A stretch of DNA of 64,000 bases from Lama glama (Eukaryota). Below are positions 13,010 to 26,550 of this stretch, in pieces (positions within the stretch are counted from its first letter, which is position 1; each line of letters begins with the position of its first letter). Both the position numbers and the translations under genes were made by a program. Below the pieces are notes generated by a model that worked only from the letters and a program-made list of their open reading frames with translations, was not told the DNA's origin and did no database searches. The DNA is taken from assembly GCA_028534125.1 (NCBI GenBank), contig CM052817.1, positions 98,520,001-98,584,000 of the forward strand. Reading direction: 5' to 3'.

Positions 13010-13900
13010 TTACAAATCTATGAAAAAGACAGACTATCTAATATAAAAGTAGGCAAATGACTGCAATAGACTCTTTGCAAAGGGAATTTCCTAATAGGAA
13101 ATCAGATTGTGAAAAATGCTCAAAACACATCGGTCAGTCATCAAGGAAACACAGGGTAAAGCCACAAAAACCACCTACCCAAACAAATGGATTTAACACA
13201 ATACTAAGGACTGAGAAGAATAGAGAGATATTGAAATAGTCAAACACTGCCTGCCAGGGTGTGAACAGGTAATCTTAGGAAAATATTTGGCAATACCTTC
13301 AAAACCTAAGTCTATACCTGAGTGTGTCCCAGCCCTCCCACTCCCGGCAGAAACACATTATAATGTGTACTGAAAAATACATAATAAGAATGATCATAGC
13401 TATACTTCAATAAAAAAAATATATATACACACACAAAGAAAAAAATCATCATAGCAGCACCATTTTGTAACAGCTAAAAACTGGAAGCAGGCCAAATGTC
13501 CACTGATGGTAGAAAAGATACATAAATCACAATTTATTCATACAATGGAATGTCTCACAGCAGCAAGAATGAACTGCTATACACAAGACATAACTGATTC
13601 TCAAACACACAACCTTGGGAGAAATAAGCCAGCATATAGCACATGCTTTCATTAATACAAAGTTCAAAAACAGGCAAAATTTACTAATGGTAATAGAAAA
13701 CAGGGCACTGGTGACCTTTGGAGAAAGACTGGTGTGTCTGAGGCAGGCACAAGGAAAGTCTTTAGGGTGCTGGTAATGCACTATTTTATCACTGGCTGGT
13801 AGTTAGACAGGTATGTTCACTTCCTGAACATTCCTTGAGCTTAGGATCTGTGTACTTTTCTGATTATATGCTATACATCAATTTAAATTTATTTAACAAT
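13010..13900 (+). mobile_element. Old L1 (L1ME-like) 3' fragment
   Basis: aactggaagcaggccaaatgtccac…tacaatggaa…aaagttcaaaaacaggcaaaa. Confidence 0.7.
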
Positions 13901-14406
13901 AAATTTTAATTTTTAATTATTAGTTTTTCAAAGTAACCTAGTAAAACTCTGAAAACACTACCTTTGTCATTACAGGTAGTTTCATTTCTCCTTTTCTTAC
14001 TCTTCCTCAAAAGAAATATGAAGCTTAGAGCTTCACTAAAAGTCAACAGTACCTATGCTAGATTGTAAGCCCTTCTATGTAAGAAACTAGTTTTTTTAAT
14101 TTATGTTTTCCATAAGACAGAGCACATGGCTAGCCAAGCAATAAGTACCGCCAAAAAAGCAGCTGATATTAATTTCTGTAAGGAAGTCCTAAATTATTAC
14201 AATCTGATTAATTTTTACATAATTCCTAATATTTATTTAGAAATCTCACTATTACTAAATTTTCCATGTAACTTGTCATGATTTTTTGCAGTGTGGCTAA
14301 TGGACTTTGCTTGTTTAATTTTATGCACCTGCTTATCTTGATAGAAAGACCATAATTACCCAAATGAAAAAAGGAACTAATTACTTTGGTCCAAGATGAG
14401 TGCTAA

Positions 14407-14487
14407 TCTCTTTCTCTCTCTCTCTCTCTCTCCTTCTCTCTCTCTCTCTCTCTCACACACATACACACACACACACACATACACACA
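14407..14487. repeat. (CT)n(CA)n compound microsatellite
   Basis: Read directly; others at 20409-20451 and 25504-25542, and a TA/CA-rich one at 35103-35162. Confidence 0.95.
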
Positions 14488-14803
14488 AACTGGTTTTAGA
14501 AAAGTCCACATTATTTCACATTTTTTTCACCTCAAATCCCCATTCAGTCTTTGAATTCAACCTTCAGATGCAAGGGGCACTGGTAGACTGGTAGAGGTAA
14601 CAGGAATAGTGAGATGAGACTTTTCTTGAATAAAATGTTAAATATGCTTCAAGTTGTCTTATCATAAATTTTTCAGGGATAATTTGGGTTAGAAACACAG
14701 ACAGAACACGTGTCCAGGAGCGAAAAAAAAAAAAAAAAAGGGGGAATAGTGCCTTATTTCTTAAACACTCTATTACATCAGAAATGCTTTCAAAATATCT
14801 TAT

Positions 14804-14899
14804 GAAGATTTCTACGTCAATACAAGCAGTTATGCCTTCAATGATAATTGTGGCATGTTGTGACTGTTTTTCTTGTGATATTCACAGATTAAAACAGTG
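14804..14899 (-). pseudogene. Pseudo-exon, 96 nt: HCFNL*ISQEKQSQHATIIIEGITACIDVEIF
   Basis: Acceptor cttttgtaacag; donor appears mutated (ataaga); one TGA. Confidence 0.55.
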
Positions 14900-15594
14900 C
14901 TGTTACAAAAGTACATTCTCTCAGCTATTAATCACACATGCCTTAAATAGAAGCCATTAACATTTTATAAATAACAATAAAAAGTGAAAACTTGATTTAT
15001 AAAGCAATTCCCGCTGAGATATTTAGGACATTATATAAACAGTTAAAGACAACAATGAAAACACCATAAAGTTAATTACCACAAATTAAACAGAATAAAT
15101 TAAGGGCCACAACTGTTAAACTGCTGCATTGGAGTTTTGCTCTGCTCAGAAATACTAACTGATGTTAAAGAATTAGATATAAAAATTGGAGAAAAATCAT
15201 GAAATTTTGTAAATTCTGGCATCTACTTCAGATGTCTTCTTTCTTGATGGCGCTGTAAAAACTAGCTAATAGTAAAGGGCAATGAAATGGTTTTGGAGAG
15301 CTTACATTTAAGGGACAGGTTTAAATAATATAATTTTTAACTTGGAAACAATCTTAGTTGTCATCTTTAGCCCCTCAACTTACAGAGGAGGAAACAACAA
15401 CACAAGGATGTAAACAACTTGTTTGTGAAAGAACTGAAACCAGAATTCGGTCTCCTGACTCCTGATAAAGCACAATTTCCCCTGATAAAATTCCTTCCAA
15501 AAAACAGTATTTCCCCTCCATGAATTCTCTCACAACTTTACCTTCTATCTCCTCTCCGAATCAGATTTTTTTCCTCTACTTTGTTCTAACGGAG

Positions 15595-15960
15595 ACAGTA
15601 TAACATCATGGTGAAGAGCAAAGACGTTAGGCTCACGTGGGCCTGGGTTCAAGTCCAAACTTCACTTCACCACTTTCTAGTCTCTGACCCTAAGGTCTCA
15701 CAGAACCAATTCATCACAGTTTGCCTAAGACTTTCTTTGTTTTAAAGCTGAAGGTCTTGAGTCCTGGCAGCCACCTCGGTCCCAGATAAATTAAGACAAC
15801 TACCTATACTTAATTCTCCAAGCCTGAGATCTTTTATCTGTAAAATATGGACAATAAGAATTCTCACACCTCATAGTGCTGCTAAGAGACCAAATGAATC
15901 AAAGTATGAAAACACTTAGCACAGCACTCAAGCCTGGACCACAGAAAGCACCCATTTGCA
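15595..15960 (+). mobile_element. MIR with nested MER81-like (hAT-Blackjack) element at about 15700-15810
   Basis: MIR head (cctgggttcaagtcc) and core (ctgtaaaat) separated by agtttgcctaagactttc…gctgaaggtc…ggtcccag. Confidence 0.6.
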
Positions 15961-16164
15961 TATCAGTCACTTCTCCTGATTTAAAAGTAGTTTAAAACAA
16001 AAGTGATATGTAAAGACAAGAGAGAATGAGTTTTCTGAGAAACAAGACAAGCAGCAGACTTGTGGATTGTGGGACAGCATAAAAAGAAAAGAACATTAAG
16101 AAGGAAGGTGAGTGCTTCAAGGCCACATTGGTCAACAGAATCAAACAAGAAAGGAGGGAGTTCC

Positions 16165-16461
16165 CAGACTCACAGACATAGAATCCAAACTTGTGGTTGC
16201 CGGGGAGGAGGGGGGGAGTGGAAGAGACAGACTGGGAGTTTGAGATTTGTAGATACTGACTGGTATATATAAAATAGATAAACACGTTTATACTGTATAG
16301 CACAGGAAAATACATACAAGATCTTGTAGTAGCTCACATTGAAAAAGAATATGAAAATGAATATATGTATATTCATGTATGATTGAAAAATTGTGCTGTA
16401 CACCAGAAACTGACACAATATTGTAAACAGACTATAACTCAATAAAATAATAATAATAAAA
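16165..16461 (+). mobile_element. Relatively young L1 3'-UTR fragment with 18-bp TSD
   Basis: aagaaa(g/c)gagggagttcc at 16147-16164 and 16462-16479; aataaa plus A-rich tail. Confidence 0.9.
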
Positions 16462-18077
16462 AAGAAACGAGGGAGTTCCAGGGCCATGGAAGGGCTTAAT
16501 TTGTACTCCTGAGTCTATAAATATATGTAAATCTCTTCTACAAAGGATTAAAAGAAAAGAAAGAGGACGTGAGAATAAAGGATAAATAGGTACAATATTT
16601 TATCTACTGCCTGGTATACCTTTAGAAACATGAAGAATCCCCAAAAGAGCCAAAAATGCCCACAACTGCCACATCACTGATGGATACAGTACCACAGCTA
16701 CCATTTATATCATTCTGAAAAGACTAACACATGGAACAAAAAATATGAAAACACATATTTTTTTCTCACCAATATCTAATCGAAAGCTTTTCCCTATGGA
16801 ATGAAACAGGCATAAATAAGGTAGGGGTGTACTTTCAGTCATCTTCAAGACCAGAAACAGAAAATAAACACAGGGTGGTGAGGGAATTGAAGCTGTGAAT
16901 GCTGCCCCAGCTCCTCCACACAGGCAGAGGCAACCTGGAGTTCAGCTCCAGTGGTATACCCAGCACAATTCCTAAGTGAAGCAGGAGATCGGGGTCAGGC
17001 CCTGCTAAAAACCACTGAACTTTCATTCAATGAGAGGCAGAAAATAACAACTTTCAACTGTTGCCTGGGGAAAGGGCTTACCATAAGCTCCATACTTGGA
17101 GAGGCAAAAGATACACACGTATCTCACCACTAGGACCTAGGCTCACCATCCACGGGCTCAGAGACAGGAACTGAAATACCAATATTACAGGAGCAGGAGC
17201 CCCAAGGGTCCAATATAAGACGTGGTTCTGGAATGGGAAACGAAGTGGCAGCTATAATGCTGTAAGTCAGAAAGTGGTGAAAGTAGAAGTAAACAAAATA
17301 CAAAAATACAATAAAAATTCCTACTTTCACATAAGCTGAAAATTATTATAAAACACATGTCCAAAACTAACACTAGGAAAGACAGCCAGTAAAATCAGCA
17401 ATTCAGATAGTCATTAACTCCACAGGAAACAACATGACTATGAAACAAAAATGAAAGTAATAAAAATATGAAAAAGAATTTAAAATAAGGGGGTTAAGAC
17501 TTCATCAAGAGACAGAGGAGAAAATAAAATTCCTACAAAAGATATGAAAATATGAAACAAAGTAGCCAGAAATAAAACAGGGATATTAAAAAAGAAGCAG
17601 AGCCCTTGAAATAAAAATACATTCTTTGAAAAAAATTTATAAGCTCCACGTACAGAGTAAAATCTAGACTACACACAGTATAAGAGAATCAGTGAATGAA
17701 AAGATACTACTGAGGAACTTCCCAGAAGCCAGCAAGAAGAAATATTGATAAACTGATGAAATAACAATTAAATGATAAAAAAGGTAGATTAGAAGGTCCC
17801 AACATGTGTATAAAGGAAGTTCCAGGAAGAAAGGAAAGGAGGAAAAACAACATTTGAAGTGTCAGTATTGAAAAATGTCATGAATCTTGAGATTGAAAGT
17901 ACACTCCAGATGCCAAGGAAGAAGAAATGAAATAATAAATCCACATCCAGACACTCCCTAGTGAGCATCAGGAGTGAAAAGAGTCGTCCGTGCGCCTTGT
18001 CTCTGATTTCTGTCTTCCCTCTAGAACCCACTCTCGTCAGGCTTTTGCCCTTGCTACTTCGTCTAAACTGATTCTAA

Positions 18078-18500
18078 CAGGCTCTGTGATGCACCACCCA
18101 GAGCCCCCTGAAGAACTTCCTCCCCAGCTGCTGGAAATGCTACCAGAAGACAGCCCTCAGCTACGACTCTCCCTTAGACTGGACTGGCTCTGAAGTCACC
18201 TTGTCCAAAATCACACCCCTGTTGAAGGCAGCCCACTTTCAGTGACTAGTCAACAAGAGGTTTATTCAGGTCCAGACACCTCGTCCCAATTCAGGCAACT
18301 CTGAAGGGGCACCTCAACATTAGAGCTCCCCACGGGATGCGCTGAGGCCTTCACTAGACTGCCTCACAGACCAGCTTCTCCAGCTCCTGCCTCCTTTCCT
18401 TCCCTTCCCTTCCACAGATGGCGATTCCAAAACACTTCCTTACAAACCTCTTGCTCATCTCCATCTCAGAGTCTACTTCCTGGGGAATACAACCTTTTAT
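18078..18500 (+). mobile_element. ERVL LTR (LTR16-like) nested in L2
   Basis: ccacccagagcccc…ccccagctgctgg…catctcagagtctacttcctgggg. Confidence 0.7.
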
Positions 18501-19667
18501 CAAGGTCAGTGATGATCTTCATGCTGTTAAATCCAATTGTCAATTCTTAATATTCTTAGTCCTGATCTTAGTTCACCTATAAACAGCAATTTACATATTT
18601 TATCACTCACTCCTTCTTGAAATATTTTCTGCATTTGGTTCCTAGGAATCCCTGCTGTCCTAGATTATCTCTTACCTCCTCCTACGGATCTTTTGCTGGT
18701 TCCTCCTCAACTCATTGACCTCAAAATATCAAAGTGTCCCAAGGCTCAGACCTTGAATCTCTTTTCTACCACATATATTTACTTTGTTATTTCATCCATG
18801 GCTTTAAATGCCAATCTCTATGTTGATGATTCACAAATATGTATTTTCAAACTGGTCCTCTCCCCTTGGTTATTTCACATTTCCATTTGGAAGTCATAAG
18901 GCATCTCAAATTTTATATATCAAAACTGAGCTTCTAATCTTCCTACAATAATTTTCCCAACCTCAGCAAATGACATCTCCACTATTCTGGTTACTGAGGG
19001 CAAACTATCATCCTTGACTCTTCTCATTTTTGTACATTCCATATCCTATTCATAAGCAAATCCTGTCAGCAATATTTCCAAAACATTCAGAATCTGATAG
19101 CTTCATACCACTTTTACTGTTAACACTCTAGTCCAAGCCATCATTCTCTCCCACCTGGATTATTAGAGCAGCTTCTAACTGGCCTGATTCTAACCCAGAT
19201 CCACAACCCAGCAACCAGAGTTATCCCACTAAAACCTAAGTCAGCATACCCTCCATTCAAAATCCACTGATGACTTCTAGTCTCTGTAAAGATGAAGTCC
19301 TTACAATGGTTCACACAGCCCTACCTTATCTGTTACCTCACGGACATCATATGTACCCCAGTCCCTTGCTTACTTTCCTGGAGCTACACTGCTTTCCCTG
19401 GGCCTCTGGTCTGGTCAGGATTGCCCTCACCTCAAGACATTTGCATTCGCTCCTTGCTCTGCCTAAACTGTTCTTTCAAACTGCCACAAGGTACCAACCC
19501 CTCACTTCTTGCAGGTGTATACTCAAATGTACCCTCTGAGTATGGACTTCACCAGTCATCCACACATAATAGTGACCTCACCTCCCACAACTCTCCCTAA
19601 CTCCCTCCTTGGTTTGTTTTCCTCCTTAGCAAACTGTGTGCTTTCCTTATTTATTATCTGTCTCTCC

Positions 19668-20080
19668 ATGGCAGAGACAACTAGCTGATCCCCAAATATG
19701 TCTTCTCTTCTTCCTGGGCCCATAGCCAAACTACCTTCCCCAGGTACCCTTGAAGTCAAATGTGAACAAGTGACTGAGTTCTAACCATGAGAATGTGGGC
19801 CAAAGCGAAAAGTGCCACTTCCATGCCAGGCCTTAAAAACCTCCCAGGCGCTCCTCCCTGCTCTTTTCCCTCCCCGGCTGCTAGAATGTTGGTGACTCCA
19901 GGACAGCATTAAAATTAAATGTTAGAGATGGCAGAGCCACAAGGAAAAAGAAGCCTGTATCTAGAGAGTTGCCTAACTAGGAACATTCATAAGAGACAGT
20001 TTGACAAATAAGACATAAAATTGCAAGGCATTAAATCAGTAATAATCAGGAGTTTCATTTATTATAGTAGCTAGTTTTAC
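19668..20080 (+). mobile_element. MaLR LTR (MLT1I/J-like) nested in L2
   Basis: tggcagagac…gtgactgagttct…agatggcagagccacaag. Confidence 0.7.
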
Positions 20081-20408
20081 TCACTTGCTAGACTATAAGA
20101 TCTACAAGTGCAGGGATTTTTGACTGCTTTGTACACTGATGCATCCCCAGTGTCTAGAACATTAACTGTCAATCAATACACATTTGAAGGGAATACATAA
20201 TGAATAGAAAACTTGAATTCCCACACATAGAAAAGCTAGGCTATCAACTTTGACAAAACCTCTCATCAGCAGTGATAGCTGACAGAAGACAAACAGTATC
20301 TTAAAACATGTGAGGGGAAAATAACAATAAATATAAAATTCAAAATCAATCTAAACTACCATGCAAAACTGAAAACAAAATACTTTTAGAAACACTAGGT
20401 CTAAGAAA

Positions 20409-20451
<43 letters not shown>

Positions 20452-21823
20452 GATCCTCCCAAGATGAGATGGTAAATGACATACTTCAGTAAGGAGAAAG
20501 TGAGCCCAAAAGGAATAAATAGAATGCAAAAAAGAAAACAGTAAGCATAGAAATTTGATAAAGTACATTTGTAAATTTAAATTAACAATTACCTGTAAAA
20601 ACTTATAAAAGTAGTTAATATGAATTTTTTCATGTGGAACTAAAATTTAAAATACAATAAACAGGGTGGAGGAAGGGACGAGACAGAAAGGAGCAGTTTT
20701 TAGTACACTAAGAGTCCAGTGTCCTGATCTTGCTTGGGAAGAGAATAAATACATCGAGTAATTTTTTAAGAGAAAATTAGCAACAAATATTTTCACTAAC
20801 ATGTCAAGGATAACTCTAATAATATGTAACTATAATATATAGCTCTCAAACTATCAGAAGAATCATATAGTAATTATTGAAAATTTTTTTCTGTCACATG
20901 AAATGTCTCAATAAATGTTAAATATTTGAATAATACAATTATTACAAACTAGCAATAAAGATAGTTTTTTTTAAAGTATATTCCTGAACAACTCATTGAT
21001 TAAAGAATAGGTCAAAATGGAAATTATGAAATATTTAGAACAGGAGTAGTTGAAAGCATAACAAATTTAACAAATTAAACCTGTGAGATGCAGGCAAAGT
21101 AGTAATTTCCATTGCCTTAAATGTATTTACTAAACAAAATAAGAAATACTAAAAATAGTTAAACATTCTACTTTAACAGATATAGAGCAAAAACTTGTTA
21201 AATTCAAAGAAAGTAGAAGAAAGAAATCAATGGAGATGAGAGCAAAAATGAATGGAATAGAAAACTGCAAAAAATGAAACAATAGAGACTGTCAACAAAA
21301 ATCAAGAGCAAGTCCTTTGGAAACATTGACAAAAGCCTCTAGGTACCACAAAAAGAAAAGAGAGGGAGAGAAAGGCAGGCAGGTAGGGAGGCAAATAAGC
21401 AATGTTAGGAAGCCTGAAGGAAAAGGTTGAAGAAGCTGGGGAGAGAAGTCTAGATTTGTTAGGGTGCTGGATGGAGCAAACTGGCCCAGGTAAGACAGGA
21501 CAGTAAGGAAGGCTCAAACGTCCAAGAGCAGCAGCATGCTACTGAGTCTTACAAGAAAGAAGAAACCACAGAGAATGAGGGGGAAAACTGCACAGAGCAT
21601 GAAATGCACTAAAGGGAGAGGCAAGTGACGAACAGCATAAGGGAACCATATGCTAGCTCTTTGAGTGTGTTCCTTTCTAAGGGAAAAGCTAGCATTACAT
21701 AAAATAAAATCAATTTAGAATAAAATGACTTTATTAAGAACTATTCATACAAAATTAAAATACTGTAGCAGAAGGCTGGGAGTAAACTTAATTGTTCTTT
21801 TATACATCTGAATAGCTCATTAC

Positions 21824-21923
21824 CAGAAATCAAGGTATTCATTAAGAAAGCATAGCCTATCTTCCTCCAGAGAAGAATCCCTAATCTAACTACCCACCAA
21901 GATCCGGGGCCTGACTTCATGTG
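21824..21923 (-). pseudogene. Pseudo-exon, 100 nt: HEVRPRILVGS*IRDSSLEEDRLCFLNEYLDF
   Basis: Acceptor tgtttcctag, donor gtaatg; one TAG. Confidence 0.55.
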
Positions 21924-22173
21924 CTAGGAAACACCTTTTAGGTAGGAAACACTGATTATTTTGTTTCATTTTTATTAAATAAAAATCTTATTAGCTAAAA
22001 TTTACATAAAAACTACCAATGAACTCAGTGCATTTTATTTATATAATTTACATGAATGTATGTATTTATTTCTGACCACTTCAGAGATATATCAAGACAG
22101 AAATATAGCAAAAACACAGTTTACAGGTAAAATTGTGAAGTCAGTCAAAAAAAAAATAGAAATCAGTGTTCAC

Positions 22174-22388
22174 CTAGATATTCCTCTAGAAATGTTCTTC
22201 CCCTTTGAGATATCCTTTCCCTGCACAGGGCTCTCGTATTGTGCTCGCAGGCTTTTTTATTTTAACAGGTGAAAATATATCAAGGTTCTGGTCACTTGCC
22301 TTTAAGGAATATGTATATAAGAAAATATCAGATATTAGCAGACAGAGAATTTTGTTTAGTCTTTGTAAAACAAACTTTTCCTGTATCC
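22174..22388 (-). pseudogene. Pseudo-exon: IQEKFVLQRLNKILCLLISDIFLYTYSLKASDQNLDIFSPVKIKKPASTIREPCAGKGYLKGEEHF*
   Basis: Acceptor tttgtaattttag; about 66 open codons; exon ends at 22300 (gcaagt) or 22174 (gtgaac). Confidence 0.5.
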
Positions 22389-23734
22389 CTAAAATTACAA
22401 AATATAGAATCACTACTATTCTGTCAATTCCCTGGCCCAAAAATGCCTATGCTACATAGACCAGGATGTGAAATTGAACAAGAATATTTAGAGCCAAATA
22501 AATAATACATAATTCAGCTCTTCCTTCACACATGACCTTATTTCTCCATACCAAAAAAAAAAATCATAACAATCTCCCTGGATCTATAATATATATATAT
22601 ATAATATATAATATATAATCATGGATCTATTCATGGTCTTCTTTTAATCAAAGTGTCAGTGTCTACAAAATAATATAATAAAAAATAACCCAAAGCCACA
22701 AGTCCAATGCTAAGTCCCAATGCTCTCACTACACAGGTGCAAGCATCTCCTTTACCATTCCCACCAGCATAACTAGCTTTCCTCCTTCCTCAGTTTTGCT
22801 CATGTTGCTTTCTACATCCAAATATCAACTCCCCTACTTCCCAAAGAGCAACCAACTTTGATTTTCCTTAGCAGAACATATCACATGTCTCCTCCTCCAC
22901 AAGGTTTTCTCCTTATCCTCCACATCGGGACTCTTCCTTCTCTCTTAATAATCCCATAGTACCTACACTATCTCTGGTTTATGACACTTGTCTTGCTAAA
23001 GCTTATACTATGGTTATTTGTGTGTTAATGTTATTTCCCTCACTATACAGCAAAAGTCTTAAGGAAAATATTCCTGTCTGAATTATCATAATATCCCTTA
23101 CAGTTCCTATGAAAATTCTCTAAATATAAGTGTTCAAAATTATTTGTTAAATAATTAAGTGTAGCAACAAGTTACAGTGATTATATTAGAAGTACAAAAA
23201 TCCAGTTCCCCGGAAATATATGTATCCAAAAAAAGTTCAGCTGCTGACTTCTTGTATCACATAATCTCTTTTCTGGGGCCCCAATTTTTCAAATACATAG
23301 CATTAATTAATAAAAGAAAAGCATTTAACTTATAAAATTTATGAAAAGATAGTTATATGCTACATAATGTGAAAATTAAGTACCTAAAAACTAAAGTAGA
23401 TGTTATTTATATGAATTTCCAAGAAGCAGCCTGGTAGCTTACAGTAAAGAACTGAGGAATTGATCTCCATTAATAAGGCTGAATTATTAGTTGGGACAGT
23501 ATAGGTAAAGAGATAACACTTTGAGAAAGTGAAAGCATGAGAGCAAGATCTCACAAATTTTTAAAAATATAATAAAAGATGTAAGTTCCCAAAATAATCT
23601 TCATGATTAAAGGACAAAAGATCTAGACATTATTCTTCAGGAGAAAAAAAAAAAAAAGACTGAGGCAGCAGGATAGTGGTAATCACATTTAGGAAGGACA
23701 GACTAAACAATGAATCAGTCTAGCCAAATAAGAA

Positions 23735-24925
23735 GTATAATTCCAATGGCATTTTTCATTAAAATAGAACAAACAACCCTAAAATTTGTATGGAACCACA
23801 AAAGACCCCAAACAGCAGAAGCAACTGAGAAAGAAGAACAAAGCCAGAGATACCATGCTTCCTGATTTTGAATGATACTACAAATCTATAGTTATCAAAA
23901 CAGTATGATATTACCATTAAAAAGAGATACATAGATGAATGGAACAGAACAGAGCCCAGAAATAAAACCACACATAGATGATCAATTAACTTACAACACA
24001 GGAGCCAAGAGTCACATGCAAAATAATGAAACTGGACCACTATCTCACACCATCCACGAAAATTAAACCACAATGAGATATCACCTCACACCTGTCAGAA
24101 TGGCTGTCAACAAAAATACAAAAAGTAAGTCTTGACAGGATGTGGAGAAAAGGGAACCCTTGTGCACTGTTGGAGGGAATGTAAATTGGTGCAACCACTA
24201 TAGAAAACAGTAGGAAGTTTTCTCAAAAAGTTAAAAATAGGACTACCATATGATCCAGCAATTCCATCTGTGGGTATTTATCCAAAGGAAATGAAAACAC
24301 TAACTCAAAAAGATATCTGCACCCCTACATTCACTGCAACATGATTTACAATAGCCAAGATATGGAAGCAATCTAAATGTCCATAAATCAGTGAACATAT
24401 ACACATAAACACACATAACAGAACATTATTCAGCCAAAAAAAAAAGAATGAAATCTTGCCACTTACAACAATATGATGGGCCTTGAGGGCACTATGCTAA
24501 GTGAAATATTCAAGTCAGACAGAGAAAGACAAATATTATGATCTCACTTAGAGGAGGAACCTAAAAATTTGAACTCATAGATACAGAGAGCAGATTGGTG
24601 ATTGTCAGAGGCAGATGGTAGGGAGTGGGTAAAAGGAGTGAAGGGGGCCAAAAGGCACAAACTTCCAGTTATCAATTAAACAAGTCCTAGGGATGTAATG
24701 TACAGCATGCTGACTATAGTTAATAATGTTGTATTGTATATTTTAAAGTTGTTAAGAGAGTAGATCTTAAAAGTTCTCTTCACAAGGGAAATTGCAATTA
24801 TGTATGATGATGGATGTTAACAAGACTTACTGTGATCATTTTATAACACATACAAATATCAAATCATTACATCATACACCTGAAACTATCATAATGTTAT
24901 ATGTCTAAATCTCAATTTTAAAAGA
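23735..24925 (+). mobile_element. L1 3' fragment with internal deletions
   Basis: ORF2-derived aaaatttgtatggaaccacaaaagacccc; jumps near 24010 and 24070; 3' UTR. Confidence 0.9.
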
Positions 24926-25015
24926 GAAGTAATAGTTAGATGCACTAGGATAATTTTAAGTAAAATACCTAGAAAAACTGCAGTGATTATTTTTAAATTG
25001 TACCCAATAACTTAC

Positions 25016-25088
25016 TACGACAAAGGTTGCAGTATTTCTATATTGTAAAGGTGCCTTGATGTCGTAGGCTGTATTCATCTGGCCCTCT
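25016..25088 (-). pseudogene. Pseudo-exon, 73 nt: RGPDEYSLRHQGTFTI*KYCNLCR (alternative open frame EGQMNTAYDIKAPLQYRNTATFVV)
   Basis: Acceptor ttgtcttacag and consensus donor gtaagt. Confidence 0.6.
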
Positions 25089-25506
25089 CTGTAAGACAAT
25101 CAATGCCAGTAAGGAAATTAAATTTAATTGCCTTGTTATTTAGGTACAGTTTTAGGTACAGTTTCACATGAGGGATTAAAAAATAATTTCTAGTTCAGAT
25201 TAATTTATATAAAACCTATTCAGTTATAATTCAGGGATAAAGCTCTCCACAGACCTCTACCAATCTCTAACAGGCAAATCCCCAAAGAGCTTTTTATTTA
25301 AATCACATTTCTTAATTACTCTCAGTAGGGGTTCCCAGAAATCTTAATCCCTTTGCCATGTAGCAATTTTCTATAGCAGCTTTAGTAAAAATGTTAAATT
25401 TAAAAATATATGCACGACTGGTATATTGTGCTGTACACCAAACACAGACACATTGTAATTGATTGTACATCAATAAAAATGTATACATATACATGGAGTG
25501 CTTACA

Positions 25507-25545
<39 letters not shown>

Positions 25546-26440
25546 CCAAGTCCACTCTGGTAACACCACCTGAAGTTAAATAACAAAAGCTTTTGAGTAC
25601 ATTCAATGAGTGAAGTTTAAATATAATTAAATTTAACCTGATATTGGCCTTTATCCTCAAAATATGATCTTCCTATTTATACTGTCCATCACTAGCACTG
25701 TCATCAGAAAGGAATAACATGTACAATACATTAGGCTGCTGGTGTACAATATAGCAAGATTGACAGCAACAAGAACAAACAAAAAGACATTTGCAATTGC
25801 TGCAGAATGTCACGTTTTTCCATGCCAAGTTTGGGTGTAGATGAAAATACATGGAAGAGGTAGGATTTTAAGAGGCTCGTGAAGGAAGAAAAGGGGCTTG
25901 GAAAAGCACAAGAGCCAAAGTGTGTTTCTCCCCTAAACTGGAACATCAGAGAGAATCTCAACAAAGATTTGTAAAATTTAAAAAAAATCGTGTATGAAGC
26001 CCCCAGGGTATGATCTTTGCCATGCTAAACCCTTCAGAACATGATTTTATTGAAGACTCAAATAATGTTCTGCACTTAGTACTAATAATTTCCATTTCTT
26101 AGATAAAGACATTGAGGTTTGGATAGGTCCAGTAACTTCTTCAAGACCAAAGAGCTAGAGGTGGCCAAGCCAGGGTTCAAGCCAGGACTTGAAAACTCAA
26201 GCTTTTAAACACTGGGCATGCTGCTTCTTATTATGAAAGGAATGAAGAGAAACTTCTACAGAAAGATGCAATGCCTAAAGAATCAGAAATTTTTTTTTTT
26301 AACTTGGTAAAATCTGTGCAATGGGGAAAAGGAGTAGAGAGCAGAAAGTACTTGGGGGTGTTGATGGAAGAGCTGAGGAATATGCCCTATTTGCCAGGGG
26401 AAAAAAAACATATTTTCATCAAAACAAAATCCAAATTTAC

Positions 26441-26550
26441 CTTGTAACCAAAGTGCCAGCACTCTGGCAATGTTAAATGAGGATGCTGCTGTATCCCGTA
26501 GTGCAGAAACAGGCACTACAGATATCACAGCTAGATAAAGGCATTACATC
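26441..26550 (-). pseudogene. Pseudo-exon: CLYLAVISVVPVSALRDTAASSFNIARVLALWLQ
   Basis: Donor AAG|gtaaat; exon starts at 26550 (cttgtag) or 26530 (ctttatctag). Confidence 0.55.

Larger units (their letters stand above)
17990..20205 (+). mobile_element. L2 LINE 3' portion with two nested LTRs
   Basis: L2 motifs (aaatccaattgtcaattc, ggcatctcaaa, ctagtccaagccatcat, ctagactataag…ccccagtgtctagaac). Confidence 0.8.
17380..21360 (+). mobile_element. Old L1/HAL1-like ORF1 region split by an L2 (17990-20205)
   Basis: A-rich ORF1-like motifs (aagagaatcagtgaa, aggtcccaacat…agttccaggaaga, aaatccacatccagacac) resume after 20205. Confidence 0.6.
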
